Virus record (IMG/VR): IMGVR_UViG_3300025333_000001
Direction: 5' to 3' (one strand)
DNA: 64,000 nucleotides
Source of the DNA: an uncultured virus (IMG/VR IMGVR_UViG_3300025333_000001)
Lineage: Duplodnaviria; Heunggongvirae; Uroviricota; Caudoviricetes; Thumleimavirales; Hafunaviridae
Made by a program: the position numbers and the translations under genes. Below the pieces are notes generated by a model. It did no database searches, had not been told where the DNA came from, and saw only the letters and a program-made list of their open reading frames with translations. The first letter of the stretch is position 1. Each line of letters starts with the position of its first letter. Of this stretch, positions 39,543-49,548 are shown one piece after another.

Positions 39543-39739
39543 GCTGCGATCTCCTGTTCGGCGGCCTCATCGAGTTTCGACGCGAGTCGCCCACACTCGG
39601 CTGCGCTCTCTTCATCGAGATACACGGCATCACCCATCGAATCAGCACCACTCAGCAGGCTCAGGGCTGTTGTAATCGTGTTGTACTCCTCGTCTGTCAG
39701 ATCGTCTAATTTCGTGTTCATGGTAGGTTGTGTCGGCAC
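39539..39739 (-). CDS. small acidic protein
   Basis: ORF below the AAACAATTAAGT promoter at 39810-39821. Confidence 0.55.
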   Translation of the reverse strand: MPTQPTMNTKLDDLTDEEYNTITTALSLLSGADSMGDAVYLDEESAAECGRLASKLDEAAEQEIAA

Positions 39740-39825
39740 AGATGCCGCCGCCCCGGCCCCGTTGACCGAGACGATTCCGACTCTGTAGACACAAAGAGTA
39801 ACTACCGCGACTTAATTGTTTGTTC

Positions 39826-40671
39826 CTACTGCTGGGCTGCCCGGTCGAGGTTGTCGCCGAGATCCACATAGGACTCGAACTTGCTGAGACTGGCAACAAA
39901 GTCGAACACCTGCCGTTCGAGATTTTCGCCGTCTATCCCTTCGTTGGTGAACACAAAGTTTTGCAGACCGGCTTGGCCCATGTCGATGTCGTCGGGGAGG
40001 AACTGATCGTCCGACCATTCGAGGACGCCCCGCAGGCCGAGGGCATCCAGTTCATGTTCATCCCGATTGACAAGATCGTGGGCGTCGAACTTGGCTTCTT
40101 TCTCTCGGCCTCGATCTTGGACGCGATCCAGCCGCGTGTAGAAGTCGGCTTTGACGTTGATGAGATCGAAGTCGTTGAAGTAGTCGTCCAGCACTCGGAA
40201 GTCAGTTACCGAGCGGACGCCGTCGATCACGAACGCGTTGGCTCCGTGGTTGTTAGACGCGATGTCAACCACCCACTCGGGGATGGTGCGGGGGTCATCC
40301 TCACGGGTTCGGGCTGCGAACTCACCCAGCGACTCCGACTCGGCGGCGATTCGCTCTGGGGCGTTGTCTCGGATGGCATCGCCCATCGAAATGGACATCG
40401 CGCCATCGATTGCGTTGGTTGCGAAGTCGGTAATCGCCGTTTTGCCCGCACCCGGCAGCCCACAGAAGGCGATCACTGGGATGTTTTTGACTCGCTCGTG
40501 GTTGAGGCGGCTGCGCAGTTCGTCTGCTCGCTGCTCTTTGCCCCCCATGTCACCTGCGAAGAGGCACATTTCTCGGAGGTCTTCGAGTTCTCGGCCCGTC
40601 AGTTCCACGGTGTAGACGTTTTGTGCTTGCGATTCTTCTTGGCTGTCGTCTGTGTTGGTTTCGTCTGTCAT
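39826..40671 (-). CDS. P-loop nucleotide kinase (dephospho-CoA/NMP kinase-like)
   Basis: GLPGAGKT, SMGDAIR, VIDGVRS, R..R...RGR lid. Confidence 0.8.
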   Translation of the reverse strand: MTDETNTDDSQEESQAQNVYTVELTGRELEDLREMCLFAGDMGGKEQRADELRSRLNHERVKNIPVIAFCGLPGAGKTAITDFATNAIDGAMSISMGDAIRDNAPERIAAESESLGEFAARTREDDPRTIPEWVVDIASNNHGANAFVIDGVRSVTDFRVLDDYFNDFDLINVKADFYTRLDRVQDRGREKEAKFDAHDLVNRDEHELDALGLRGVLEWSDDQFLPDDIDMGQAGLQNFVFTNEGIDGENLERQVFDFVASLSKFESYVDLGDNLDRAAQQ

Positions 40672-40980
40672 GGTCGTGTGTTCCGAATGTCCGCCAGCAT
40701 ATCTTCGTACTGCTCCTGTTCATCGTCGCTCGCCGGGGGGATGTGGTAGCCGTCTGCTCGGATCTCCAACAACTCCTCGATGTGATCGAGAATGTCGCTT
40801 TCGATAACGACTGATTCGCGGGTCACTGGTTTTTGTACTCCTTGTAGCGGTCACTACAGCGTTCACACTCTTTCATGACCCAGTCTTCGGCTCGGGCGAC
40901 AACCTCGTGTTCACACCGCCAGAACCAACACCACAGACAGCGTGCTGCGTCGGCGGCGTCATCGAGTAACGACTCACTGT

Positions 40981-42054
40981 TCATTTACTCGATGGACAGA
41001 TGTTGTAGAAGTGGCAGTTACCCCCACTGTAGTTACACAGGGGTTGTTCCTCGTAGTCGAAGTTCTCCGGTGGTCCATTACCTTTGACCAGTTCCGGCTG
41101 TTTCTGCATCCCGAGAACAGCCTTCTTGATGTCGAACCTCCGCTCTTGGTTGGGATACGGCGAGACAACGAACTCGTCTTCTTGGGGGTAGTAGCCAGCG
41201 ACGGCGTCGATCTCGTGGTCGAACTCGGGGTTCAACTCGAAGAGCCAGCCGTAATACTCGCCCTCAAGGAAGATCCCCTCATTGAGAATCTGTTCGAGCA
41301 TCGGGTGTCCGTCGTAGCGAATAGTGGGGCACGACCCCGTTTTGTAGTCCACGATGACGACCCCCGACCCCTCAACGTCGGGGACGGACTCCGTGTGAAC
41401 TATCAGGTCAGCCCGCCCCATCCACGGGGCGTCCCCGACTGGCGGCTCGCCTGCAACGTAGTCGGGGTCGGCATCTACGTGGTCGTTGTCGAACCACCCG
41501 GCTGGTGGCTCGCCGAGCCATGCTTCGGCTTCGACTTCGACGGGTTCCCACAGTTCTAATGCCTGTTGTTTGGCAGCATCGGCATCACCGTCTGTGAATA
41601 TTTCACCGTATTCATCGAGAACGTGATCACTGGCAGTATCCCACCGCCGTTCCTCAAACATGATAAACGCGCCGAACTGTTCGAGCCATTGCGACCAGTG
41701 TTTCCACGTTGGTAGTAGCTCGTGGAACCGATCAGGGCGTTCGCCGTGCTCCTCGATGTACGCCATGAGGTTGACGTGGAACTGTTCGAACGTATAGTGC
41801 AGTCGCCACCCCTTCTCCGTGTGGATTGAACCGGGGGTACGGTGTTCACACCAGTACTTCCAGTAGAACTTGGCGGGACATTGGACGAACGTCTTGATCC
41901 GCGACTTCGATACGTAGGGGATGCCCGCTTCCAACCGCTCGGGCGACGGTTGCAGGATCTCACCGGGGTCGATGCCCGGTAGCACTGCATCGCCCGTGGG
42001 TTCGACGGCCTCCCCACCGTCTTTGCTTTTGGTTTGTGCTGTGTATCGTGTCAT
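40981..42054 (-). CDS. Cas4/RecB-like PD-(D/E)XK exonuclease with Fe-S cysteines
   Basis: QCP N-terminal Cys, GRAD, VDYKTG, C-terminal C..C..C. Confidence 0.85.
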   Translation of the reverse strand: MTRYTAQTKSKDGGEAVEPTGDAVLPGIDPGEILQPSPERLEAGIPYVSKSRIKTFVQCPAKFYWKYWCEHRTPGSIHTEKGWRLHYTFEQFHVNLMAYIEEHGERPDRFHELLPTWKHWSQWLEQFGAFIMFEERRWDTASDHVLDEYGEIFTDGDADAAKQQALELWEPVEVEAEAWLGEPPAGWFDNDHVDADPDYVAGEPPVGDAPWMGRADLIVHTESVPDVEGSGVVIVDYKTGSCPTIRYDGHPMLEQILNEGIFLEGEYYGWLFELNPEFDHEIDAVAGYYPQEDEFVVSPYPNQERRFDIKKAVLGMQKQPELVKGNGPPENFDYEEQPLCNYSGGNCHFYNICPSSK

Positions 42055-42281
42055 AGGTCTACACCCGGTGGCTGCGGACTGTCCGGCTCATCATCGAGAT
42101 CGTTCTCCATCTCGGCGACGTGTTCGGTGATGTCAATCGCTTGCGAGAGGTGCGTGTTGCCGCTGGCTGTCTCTGTGGTGCGGAACTCGATGACCGTCCG
42201 CTCCTGCGAAGCTGCATGGCTGAGGATCGAAGACAGCGAGTCACGAAAGCTGGGGGTTAGCCCCACCTCGTCGTCACTCAT
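42051..42281 (-). CDS. hypothetical protein
   Basis: Coupled ORF. Confidence 0.5.
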   Translation of the reverse strand: MSDDEVGLTPSFRDSLSSILSHAASQERTVIEFRTTETASGNTHLSQAIDITEHVAEMENDLDDEPDSPQPPGVDL

Positions 42282-42489
42282 CGCCCTCTACCACACTTTC
42301 CACCTCCCGAATCGCGTGGTCGAGGTCTTCCTCGCCGAGTTCGAGTTTCAGTTCGAACCGGCGAACCTCTTTGGGGGTGTCGCGGTCTTCGTGTACCTGT
42401 TTGGCCTCGCGTAGACTGTTGAGGAAGTCTTGGGGATTTTCACGGTCGATGGCAACTCGCTGTAGGGTCGTGAGGGTGTCTCGTGTCAT
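42274..42489 (-). CDS. hypothetical protein
   Basis: Coupled ORF. Confidence 0.55.
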   Translation of the reverse strand: MTRDTLTTLQRVAIDRENPQDFLNSLREAKQVHEDRDTPKEVRRFELKLELGEEDLDHAIREVESVVEGDE

Positions 42490-42854
42490 TGGTCTTCTCT
42501 GTCGGTTGCAGCGGCTTCTTCTGCCAGTTCGGTGTGCATCGCGGCGTATGGCACGTCGTCGTTATGCGTCTCAGCAATGGACTCGTTGACCTGTAGTTCG
42601 TCGGCGGCAAACCACCCGTTTACCTCGCGGGTGAACTTGTCGCCACGCCGGAAAAAGAGGCCAAGACTGTTGAGTGCGTTGGCTTCGACCGGGATGGTGA
42701 GTTCGTCCATGCCCTGATGTTGAAGGGTGGTCGCCAGCAGTTCACCCACGAGCTTCCACGAGTCGCCGTAGTCGGCGTTCTTTCGCTCGTAGAGGTCAGC
42801 ACTGTCGGCCAGTACTTCGAGGGCGTCTCGCGGGTCTTGTGTCTGTTCGTCCAT
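42486..42854 (-). CDS. nucleotide-modification-associated domain protein (DUF1599/Nmad1-like)
   Basis: RKNADYGDSW motif. Confidence 0.65.
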   Translation of the reverse strand: MDEQTQDPRDALEVLADSADLYERKNADYGDSWKLVGELLATTLQHQGMDELTIPVEANALNSLGLFFRRGDKFTREVNGWFAADELQVNESIAETHNDDVPYAAMHTELAEEAAATDREDQ

Positions 42855-42855
42855 G

Positions 42856-43056
42856 TTAGTTGGCCTCACTGTCAGATGCTTCATGTTCACTGATGCTAAC
42901 GATCTGCCCACACGGACTCATGTCGGTTTCACCATCGGGGTAGGTGAGCTTGATCTTCTCCATACTCGGGATGTTGATGGCTTTCGAGACGTTTTCGTAG
43001 TCGGTCAGTTCGTTCTCGCCGTTGACTTCGCGCTCGATTGCTACGTCGAACGTCAT
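42856..43056 (-). CDS. hypothetical protein
   Basis: Coupled ORF. Confidence 0.5.
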   Translation of the reverse strand: MTFDVAIEREVNGENELTDYENVSKAINIPSMEKIKLTYPDGETDMSPCGQIVSISEHEASDSEAN

Positions 43057-43304
43057 TTGTTGAACAGGTCCATCTTGTTGATGACGGTGACGTACATATT
43101 CGACCGCGCTCCGGCACTGTCATGGTACAGTTTCTTGCCAATGACGTGGCGGTAGAGAAGTCCGTTGTCGTCGGCGAACTTCTTTTTCGCAGCTTTCACC
43201 GCGGAGTTAGCCGCGCCGCGGTGGCCTTCGATGTAGTAAACTGTGTGGTTCGCTTCGGTTTCTTCTTCGGGTGTGATAGTGGGTTGCATTGTGTTGTGTC
43301 CCAC
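43053..43304 (-). CDS. hypothetical protein
   Basis: ORF in the operon; start uncertain. Confidence 0.5.
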   Translation of the reverse strand: MGHNTMQPTITPEEETEANHTVYYIEGHRGAANSAVKAAKKKFADDNGLLYRHVIGKKLYHDSAGARSNMYVTVINKMDLFNK

Positions 43305-43370
43305 CCATTCCGGCTTTCATCGGCGGGGTGGTCGCCTATTTTCAAACTACTGCGTGGTGGTTTCGTGTCG

Positions 43371-43598
43371 TTACTCGATGACGCCGCCGACGGGGGAGTC
43401 TTGCTCCTGCGTGCCACGAACGCGGGGAATACCCGCCCGGCGTGCCCGCAGCAGGTTGACCCCCAGTTCGTTCGTCACGCGGATGAGAGCTTCCCAGTCG
43501 GTTTCTCCCTCTCGGGGATTGACAGCGAGTCGATGCTCGGTTTTCTGCTCACCGCTCGCCTTCTCCATGTCCACGATGAAGTTGACTGAGTCTCTCAT
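43371..43598 (-). CDS. hypothetical protein
   Basis: Coupled ORF. Confidence 0.5.
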   Translation of the reverse strand: MRDSVNFIVDMEKASGEQKTEHRLAVNPREGETDWEALIRVTNELGVNLLRARRAGIPRVRGTQEQDSPVGGVIE

Positions 43599-43903
43599 GG
43601 CTGGGGGATGAACTTCTCCGAGATGGCATCAACCATCTTTTCTTTCGGGAGGTTGCCCTTGATCCCGTGATCAGTGGCGAACGACTGTAGCTCGTTGTAC
43701 GGCTTGTCAGCCAACATCTCGCCTTCATCAAGGAACTCCGCAAGAGGATTGGCGGGGTCTTCGAGTTCCGACTCGGAGGGTACTTCCACCCGTTCGAGAA
43801 TCGTGAGTGATCGGCTCGTGTAATTGAGCGTGTCCATGTATTCGCCGTTCGGTTCTTCGTAGGCGTCGTCGCCGACTTTCGATAGTGTGGTAACTCGTAG
43901 CAT
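43595..43903 (-). CDS. protein with a C-terminal HeH/Rho-N-like motif
   Basis: YNELQSFATDHGIKGNLPKEKMVDAI. Confidence 0.55.
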   Translation of the reverse strand: MLRVTTLSKVGDDAYEEPNGEYMDTLNYTSRSLTILERVEVPSESELEDPANPLAEFLDEGEMLADKPYNELQSFATDHGIKGNLPKEKMVDAISEKFIPQP

Positions 43904-43905
43904 TG

Positions 43906-44289
43906 TTATTCCTCGGTTGCGAAGTAGCCTGAGTACTTGCCCTCTCGGTCGCCCATCAGTTCCTCGTCGCCGCGTTTGATGCGCAGGTAGATACCGAAGG
44001 CGGTACTCTTCAGTTCTTTGAGAACATCGACTACTTCGTCGTTTCCGGCGTCCTCATGCTCGATGATTGCTTCATCGATTGACTGGCTGATTGAGAGCGC
44101 ACCAGTTTTGTACGCTTCGATCTCGTTGTGCGCCACCACGATGTCAGTTGCGACCTGAGCGAGACTGCCGCATTCACCGTCCGGCATTTCGATCTCGTGT
44201 TCGGTGAGCAGTTCGGCTGCTTCCGAATCGGTTAGCTCTTCAAGAGACAGCACATCCTCGTTATCTGGTGTAGGTGTAGCTTCTGACAT
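43906..44289 (-). CDS. hypothetical acidic protein
   Basis: Start MSEATP at 44289. Confidence 0.65.
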   Translation of the reverse strand: MSEATPTPDNEDVLSLEELTDSEAAELLTEHEIEMPDGECGSLAQVATDIVVAHNEIEAYKTGALSISQSIDEAIIEHEDAGNDEVVDVLKELKSTAFGIYLRIKRGDEELMGDREGKYSGYFATEE

Positions 44290-44296
44290 GAGATAG

Positions 44297-44620
44297 TTAA
44301 TCTCCTTTGACCCGACCGGCTGACTTGGCATCCGACAACAGAGGTTGGCCGTCCGCAGTTCGTGGCGCGGCCCCACCAAAGATACGCCCGCAGTTTTCAC
44401 ACACCGGCTCCTCGTCTTCATCGTAGTAAATGTCAATTTGGCAGTCAGGACACGAGACGGTGTACTGAATGATAGACTTTTCGATGACATTAACACTTAA
44501 ATTGCCATTTACGATTGTGGTAAGAATCGGCACGCCATTGTTATAATACCGCGTATGGGGTGTGTCGTTGATCTTGAATTGGTCAGCCCGACACCCAGCC
44601 CGAGATGTGTTTTCTACCAT
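44297..44620 (-). CDS. Zn-ribbon protein
   Basis: CPDC...CENC. Confidence 0.6.
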   Translation of the reverse strand: MVENTSRAGCRADQFKINDTPHTRYYNNGVPILTTIVNGNLSVNVIEKSIIQYTVSCPDCQIDIYYDEDEEPVCENCGRIFGGAAPRTADGQPLLSDAKSAGRVKGD

Positions 44621-44672
44621 TTAGCGTGACTCTGTTGAATACAGACGAGTCAACGACTTAAGTCTGACGGGC

Positions 44673-45935
44673 TTAATTCTTTGGCGGCTTGAAGTCAACG
44701 GGGTAGAAGAACGTGATTGGCCGCTCGTCGGAAACCCCGTGAACCGTGGCTGCTGGCTCTGCATAGGCCGCGAACGATTCTTCGTAATCCGCGGGCGGGC
44801 AAATCGCCCCCGACATTACGACCGGGCGGTTGTCGATGTTCTCTACGCGCCACTCGTGGAAGTGACCCCGGTAAGCGAGGTCGAACTGATGGCGGTCATG
44901 CCAGCCGCGCCAGCGGTTTTGACCCGAGGACGTGCCGATATGGAACAGGCTGTTCTGCCCATGCCGGAGGTGGCCACGGTGGCCCGACTGGTTGGTTGGT
45001 GACAGTTCCGACACGTCGATGTCCAACGCATCAGCCTTCCACTCGTCTTCTTCGTGGTCCACACGCATTCGGAAGTTCGTGTAGTAGCCCGCCGCCGACG
45101 AGATGAACGACACGTTGTCGTAATCGCGTTGGGCAATGCGGTCTTCGAGCATCATGAACGCGATGTCGTCGGCGTTGGCGTCGGGACTCATGCCGTCCCC
45201 GCGTAGTTCCCCGTGGTTGCCGTTCTGCCCGACGACCTGAACGAAGGGGAACTCCTTGGCAGCCCGGTCGATGAACTCGCTGTAGAGATCCACGTAGAGG
45301 GCGATCTGCTCGATGAGGGTGAGACACGACTCCCACGGCTGATCATCGTGGATGCCCTCGCCGTGGATGCCATCCCCACCCAGTAGGACGTGAACGCAGT
45401 CGAACTCAACCCCCGCGGCTTCGTGCCGCTCCTTGAGGTTGAACACCCGGTCTGAAACCGTGCGAACGCGCTTGGCGGCGATCTCGTCGTCGTAAATCAC
45501 CTCCCCAGTTTCATCCTCGTAGTATGCCCCGAGGTGTTCGTCTGACCGATGGATAACCATGTCTTCGTTCGACGGGCGGCATGGGGCTGGACCATCGGGA
45601 ACAACTGCGCGGCCCGTCAGATCGTCTGCGAGCCATTCTTTGAGATCGCAGAGGATGTTCTTTTTCGCTTTGGTGTGAGCGGCTTTAGACGATGCTGGGG
45701 CTGGGCGTTCTCGTTCGAGTGCCCGCCGAGTTTCCTCGCTGCGATAGAACGTCTTCTTGCCATTGCGCACCCCCTCTCCGAGTGGGATGCCCGCAGCCCG
45801 AATCCCGCGGATGTGATCACGGGCGGTAGACTGGGTGATGTTGAGGACATCGGCCAGTTCTTCGTAGGTGGTTGGGGCATCGAGAAGTGTCAGTGCGTTT
45901 TGCTGCGATTCGCGGAGTTCTGCGTGTTCGTGCAT
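44673..45935 (-). CDS. HTH + calcineurin-like metallophosphoesterase
   Basis: N-terminal HTH; SDEH, GD, GNHG, HG and GHFH motifs. Confidence 0.85.
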   Translation of the reverse strand: MHEHAELRESQQNALTLLDAPTTYEELADVLNITQSTARDHIRGIRAAGIPLGEGVRNGKKTFYRSEETRRALERERPAPASSKAAHTKAKKNILCDLKEWLADDLTGRAVVPDGPAPCRPSNEDMVIHRSDEHLGAYYEDETGEVIYDDEIAAKRVRTVSDRVFNLKERHEAAGVEFDCVHVLLGGDGIHGEGIHDDQPWESCLTLIEQIALYVDLYSEFIDRAAKEFPFVQVVGQNGNHGELRGDGMSPDANADDIAFMMLEDRIAQRDYDNVSFISSAAGYYTNFRMRVDHEEDEWKADALDIDVSELSPTNQSGHRGHLRHGQNSLFHIGTSSGQNRWRGWHDRHQFDLAYRGHFHEWRVENIDNRPVVMSGAICPPADYEESFAAYAEPAATVHGVSDERPITFFYPVDFKPPKN

Positions 45936-46049
45936 TGAGTAGGTGTGCGTCGATCCAGACGCGAGGAGAGTGAGCATGAAATACCGGGTGGTTGCTGTGG
46001 GGACAGCGGGCGATACAACTGGTTTCGGAGGTGGGTGGGTGCTACATGA

Positions 46050-47309
46050 TCAGTAGGTCAGATCGAGGTTGTCAGACCGCTCGTAGATGCCGCAGTCGCC
46101 GCCGAGACAGAACGTTCGGGCCTGACCTGATACCCACGTCCCATCGCTTTTCTCGCCGCCACAGACGTTCGCACATTGGAACTCGCTGTAGCCGCGACCG
46201 ATCAGGTCTTCGATGAGATCTTGCGTGTACGCTTCGTCGTAGCCGGGGATCTCGGCAAAGAACTCGTGCATCACATCGATGGGAACGTTCTTTTCAATGA
46301 ACCGGCCCATGATCGAGATTTCCATCATGCGGCTTTCGTGACCGTGACTGTAGGCATCATCCCGCTGACGAAATGCCTGCACACAGGGTTTGTCCCCCAT
46401 GATGATCGGGTCCATCAGGTCTTCGACTTCGAGTCGGTCGTTTGAGTTCTTTCTGTAGGCTTTGACTGCCTTGCGATTGAAGGTCGATCCACCACCCCCC
46501 GACCCGTTGGTCGAGGTTGAAGCATTTCGAATCCGCTGGGTTGCCTTGTAGCCCGCCTTGCGTGACGGTGATCGGTGCATTGACTCGATGACGGCGCGAG
46601 GTTGTTTGGTCAGTTCGAGGTAGTCGTCAACGGTCACTGACGCCAACTCCTCGATTGTGACCGGGACACACCAGCGGTCAACGTCATCGTACTCCGTCCC
46701 GCGGTGTCTCGTGTTGGGATGACGCCCCAACCGGGCGAGATCCGACCCGTCAACGTCGAACCACGGACGGATGTCAACCCCGTTTGCCAGCGCATCGAGG
46801 TGGTCGATCACGTCTTCGCCGTAGGTTTTCAACCCGGACTTGAACTGTTGGAGCGTGCCATTCTCTGGGGCGATTGTCGGGAAATCAAGATAGAGGTGAA
46901 CCCCCTTGTGACCCGACAAGACAGCGCGGAACTGTGCGTCTGCCCCGTCATCGAGTAGCGACTGGGCGATCATCCGCGAGCGTGCCAACAGCGCACTCAT
47001 CTCGCGTCGCCAATCGGCAATGTCAGTCAGCCCCCGCTTGGGGTTATAGCTGTCACCGATGATGTCCAGATCGATGAAGATGCAGTCTACATCGGGGATG
47101 AACCCATCGGACGAGTGACCCCTCGGGAACGAATACACCGAGTAGTAGCCCGGCATGGCGTTGTCGCTTGCGGATTCGAGTGCGGCAACGAACTCCCCCC
47201 GGCCATGGCGACTGCGCTGAACGGTGTGACTACTGGCCGACTGCCGGGGGAACGACGGGGCGAAGTGCTTACTCGCTTGCCAGAGTTTCTTTTTGTTCTC
47301 GCCTTTCAT
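46050..47309 (-). CDS. archaeo-eukaryotic primase (catalytic domain plus C-terminal Cys-containing domain)
   Basis: FIDLD, SGHKGVHLY, R..RHPNT; C-terminal PC and C..C..C. Confidence 0.8.
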   Translation of the reverse strand: MKGENKKKLWQASKHFAPSFPRQSASSHTVQRSRHGRGEFVAALESASDNAMPGYYSVYSFPRGHSSDGFIPDVDCIFIDLDIIGDSYNPKRGLTDIADWRREMSALLARSRMIAQSLLDDGADAQFRAVLSGHKGVHLYLDFPTIAPENGTLQQFKSGLKTYGEDVIDHLDALANGVDIRPWFDVDGSDLARLGRHPNTRHRGTEYDDVDRWCVPVTIEELASVTVDDYLELTKQPRAVIESMHRSPSRKAGYKATQRIRNASTSTNGSGGGGSTFNRKAVKAYRKNSNDRLEVEDLMDPIIMGDKPCVQAFRQRDDAYSHGHESRMMEISIMGRFIEKNVPIDVMHEFFAEIPGYDEAYTQDLIEDLIGRGYSEFQCANVCGGEKSDGTWVSGQARTFCLGGDCGIYERSDNLDLTY

Positions 47310-47471
47310 TTTCTCGCGCTTCGTCTCGTTCCCGCTCGATACGCTGTTCGATCTCCCGCTCGGAGTGTTGGGCATGGAGTGCCGTGCATCCCGAGCGAAT
47401 ACAGATCGGACAGAGGTTGTGACGACGGGCATACTTCGGATTCAGCACGTTGTTACAACAGGCGCAGATAG

Positions 47472-47678
47472 TCACGCCTTCTCACCGTTCAAACTATCGT
47501 ACAGCCGATCTGCAATGTTCTCAACGGCGCCCTCATCGAGTAGCGACACGTCGTGAGGCAAACTGACTACCCGAACGTCGTCGGGGACTGCGCCTTCAAT
47601 CGCGTCCATGAAGTCCACGAGTTGCTGTTCGGTCCACAGTTCATCCATCTGGATAAAGGCCGTGCGTTTGTCACTCAT
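47472..47678 (-). CDS. hypothetical protein
   Basis: Coupled ORF. Confidence 0.5.
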   Translation of the reverse strand: MSDKRTAFIQMDELWTEQQLVDFMDAIEGAVPDDVRVVSLPHDVSLLDEGAVENIADRLYDSLNGEKA

Positions 47679-49120
47679 GAGAACCGATCAAGCCCCTCGC
47701 TATCGTCGTTTGAATCGTCGTTGTCGAACACTTCTTCGTCCATGGTGTCAGCTTGTTCATCCTCTTTGGCCGCTAACTCGTTCGCGGTTTGTTCCGTGAG
47801 GTTGACCGTCTCACCGGTTAGTGGATGGGTCACAAGCAGGCCATCACCCTCGCAGAACCGGTCGATGTACTGATCGGCAATACGACCGGGCAGAGCCTCT
47901 TTGGCCGTGTCTTTCGTGGCATCGACTACCTCCGACCAGTCGAGATCCACGTAGCGTTTGGCTTTGGTGGCGAACGGCGTGGAGTTGTAGGTGACGGGGG
48001 TGTCCTGATTCTTTGTGACGTAGCCCTTGTACTGCATGTTATCCATGCTGGACCGAACGTCGTGACTCGTGATATTGAACCCATGCTGCGACATCTGCAT
48101 TTGGAGTTCGTCGGCAGTCAACGCCCCGACATCGGGGTCGCGCAGGATGTTGAGCAGTTCGAAGTCCTTTTCGCGGAGGTTGAGTGCCGACAACACCATC
48201 GTCTCGCCGAAGACCCGCATGGCGAGCCACGCGTCGGCTGGTGTCACCATCATGTTGACCATTCCCTGCGAAGCATCACCCATCAGCTTGGCCGGTACTT
48301 CGAGGTGGTCGTCGTAGTGGAACAGTGTCACGGATTCCATGAAGCCCAACAGCCGGGAGAAGTCCCGGCGAGCTTCGGTGAAGTGCTGGGGGAGGGGGTT
48401 CTGGTTGTTGATGGCGGGTGCCACTGGGTTGAGAATGCCCCCCGACCCGTCGTCACCATAGGCTTCCATGGGGATGGCCCCCACGTAGTCGCGGATCTCC
48501 TGTGCGCGTTCCTCGGTGAGTTTCTTCTCGGAGACGCCCGCTGCCATGGCCGCTTGCCGGGCGTTGACTCGCTCGGTCAACTCCTGCGAGTCGTCAATCG
48601 AAACGACCAACGCCCGGTTTCGAACCTCGGCGTAGTCGTTGAGATCCACCTGTTGGTTGTCTTCGGCGAGGAACAGGATCATACAGTTGGGCGGTTGCAA
48701 CGTTTGCGAGCGCGTTTCACGCTCGTTTCCGCTCACCTCGGTCCACGAGTGAGTGATCGACTTGCCTTCGCCGTGGGCCTTCCACACGTCTTCAAGGAAC
48801 GCCTTGTCCTTGATAGACGAAATGTCCATGTGGCGGTGGACTGGCTTGCTGTTGATCACGCGATGATCGCTATACAACTGAGTTTTCGACATGGAGGTTG
48901 ACACCTTGTAAGTCCACGAGCTTGGAGCGCAGAACTCAGCCGCGTCAACCACCTCGTCTTTGCCACCCGAAGACAGGCCCGTCATGATGACGAACCCACC
49001 TTTGATCATGGAGAGGAAGACCGTCAGATGGGTGGTTTCCTCGCCTTCGAGTCCATAGTCATGAGATAACTGTGAAACCTCATGGAGAGTCGGATTGCGA
49101 ATACTGTCGATGTTAGTCAT
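47675..49120 (-). CDS. AAA+ ATPase, putative replicative helicase
   Basis: GLSSGGKD P-loop, EVRNR Arg finger, C-terminal wHTH-like region; next to the primase. Confidence 0.65.
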   Translation of the reverse strand: MTNIDSIRNPTLHEVSQLSHDYGLEGEETTHLTVFLSMIKGGFVIMTGLSSGGKDEVVDAAEFCAPSSWTYKVSTSMSKTQLYSDHRVINSKPVHRHMDISSIKDKAFLEDVWKAHGEGKSITHSWTEVSGNERETRSQTLQPPNCMILFLAEDNQQVDLNDYAEVRNRALVVSIDDSQELTERVNARQAAMAAGVSEKKLTEERAQEIRDYVGAIPMEAYGDDGSGGILNPVAPAINNQNPLPQHFTEARRDFSRLLGFMESVTLFHYDDHLEVPAKLMGDASQGMVNMMVTPADAWLAMRVFGETMVLSALNLREKDFELLNILRDPDVGALTADELQMQMSQHGFNITSHDVRSSMDNMQYKGYVTKNQDTPVTYNSTPFATKAKRYVDLDWSEVVDATKDTAKEALPGRIADQYIDRFCEGDGLLVTHPLTGETVNLTEQTANELAAKEDEQADTMDEEVFDNDDSNDDSEGLDRFS

Positions 49121-49251
49121 TGTCGTTTGTCATGGGTTGTGTCGCGCCGCTCCGCGGGCTGTCGCCGGGGTGGGGAAATGTCCAAAACCCTACCCCAAAG
49201 GCGGCCCACGGAACGACCCGAAAGTTAGTTACCGCGCTGTGCTACAACCGG

Positions 49252-49545
49252 TTAGTTGTCGAACGCTTCTTTCCGAACGTGCTCCTCGTATCGGCGGGCG
49301 AGATTGCGTTCACACGCGTCGCGTGAAAGCTGGCCCAGCGAATCGAGAACATCGAGCGTGTCTTGTGGCGACAGGTCGCTCAGGTCGGCGGTGACTTCGG
49401 CGTTCTCGTCAATGGGTTCGAACTGTTCGAGTTGAACTTTCTTGCCGGACGCCGTCGCACCGACCGTGATGAAGTCCGCCGCGTTGACCGTCTCGCCGTC
49501 TTCGAGTGTTACCTCGTAGTCGGCGGCATCGAGATCGTCGGTCAT
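49252..49545 (-). CDS. hypothetical protein
   Basis: Acidic ORF. Confidence 0.6.
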   Translation of the reverse strand: MTDDLDAADYEVTLEDGETVNAADFITVGATASGKKVQLEQFEPIDENAEVTADLSDLSPQDTLDVLDSLGQLSRDACERNLARRYEEHVRKEAFDN

Positions 49546-49548
49546 GGA

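Noticed and set aside
40981..42054. CRISPR-Cas locus suggested by the Cas4-like gene
   Set aside because: A solo Cas4-like nuclease in a replication module, with no other cas genes or array.
47825..48901. Long antisense ORFs (also 59397..60908, 17601..18614, 39820..40749, 15207..16067)
   Set aside because: Shadow frames opposite well-supported genes in GC-rich DNA.
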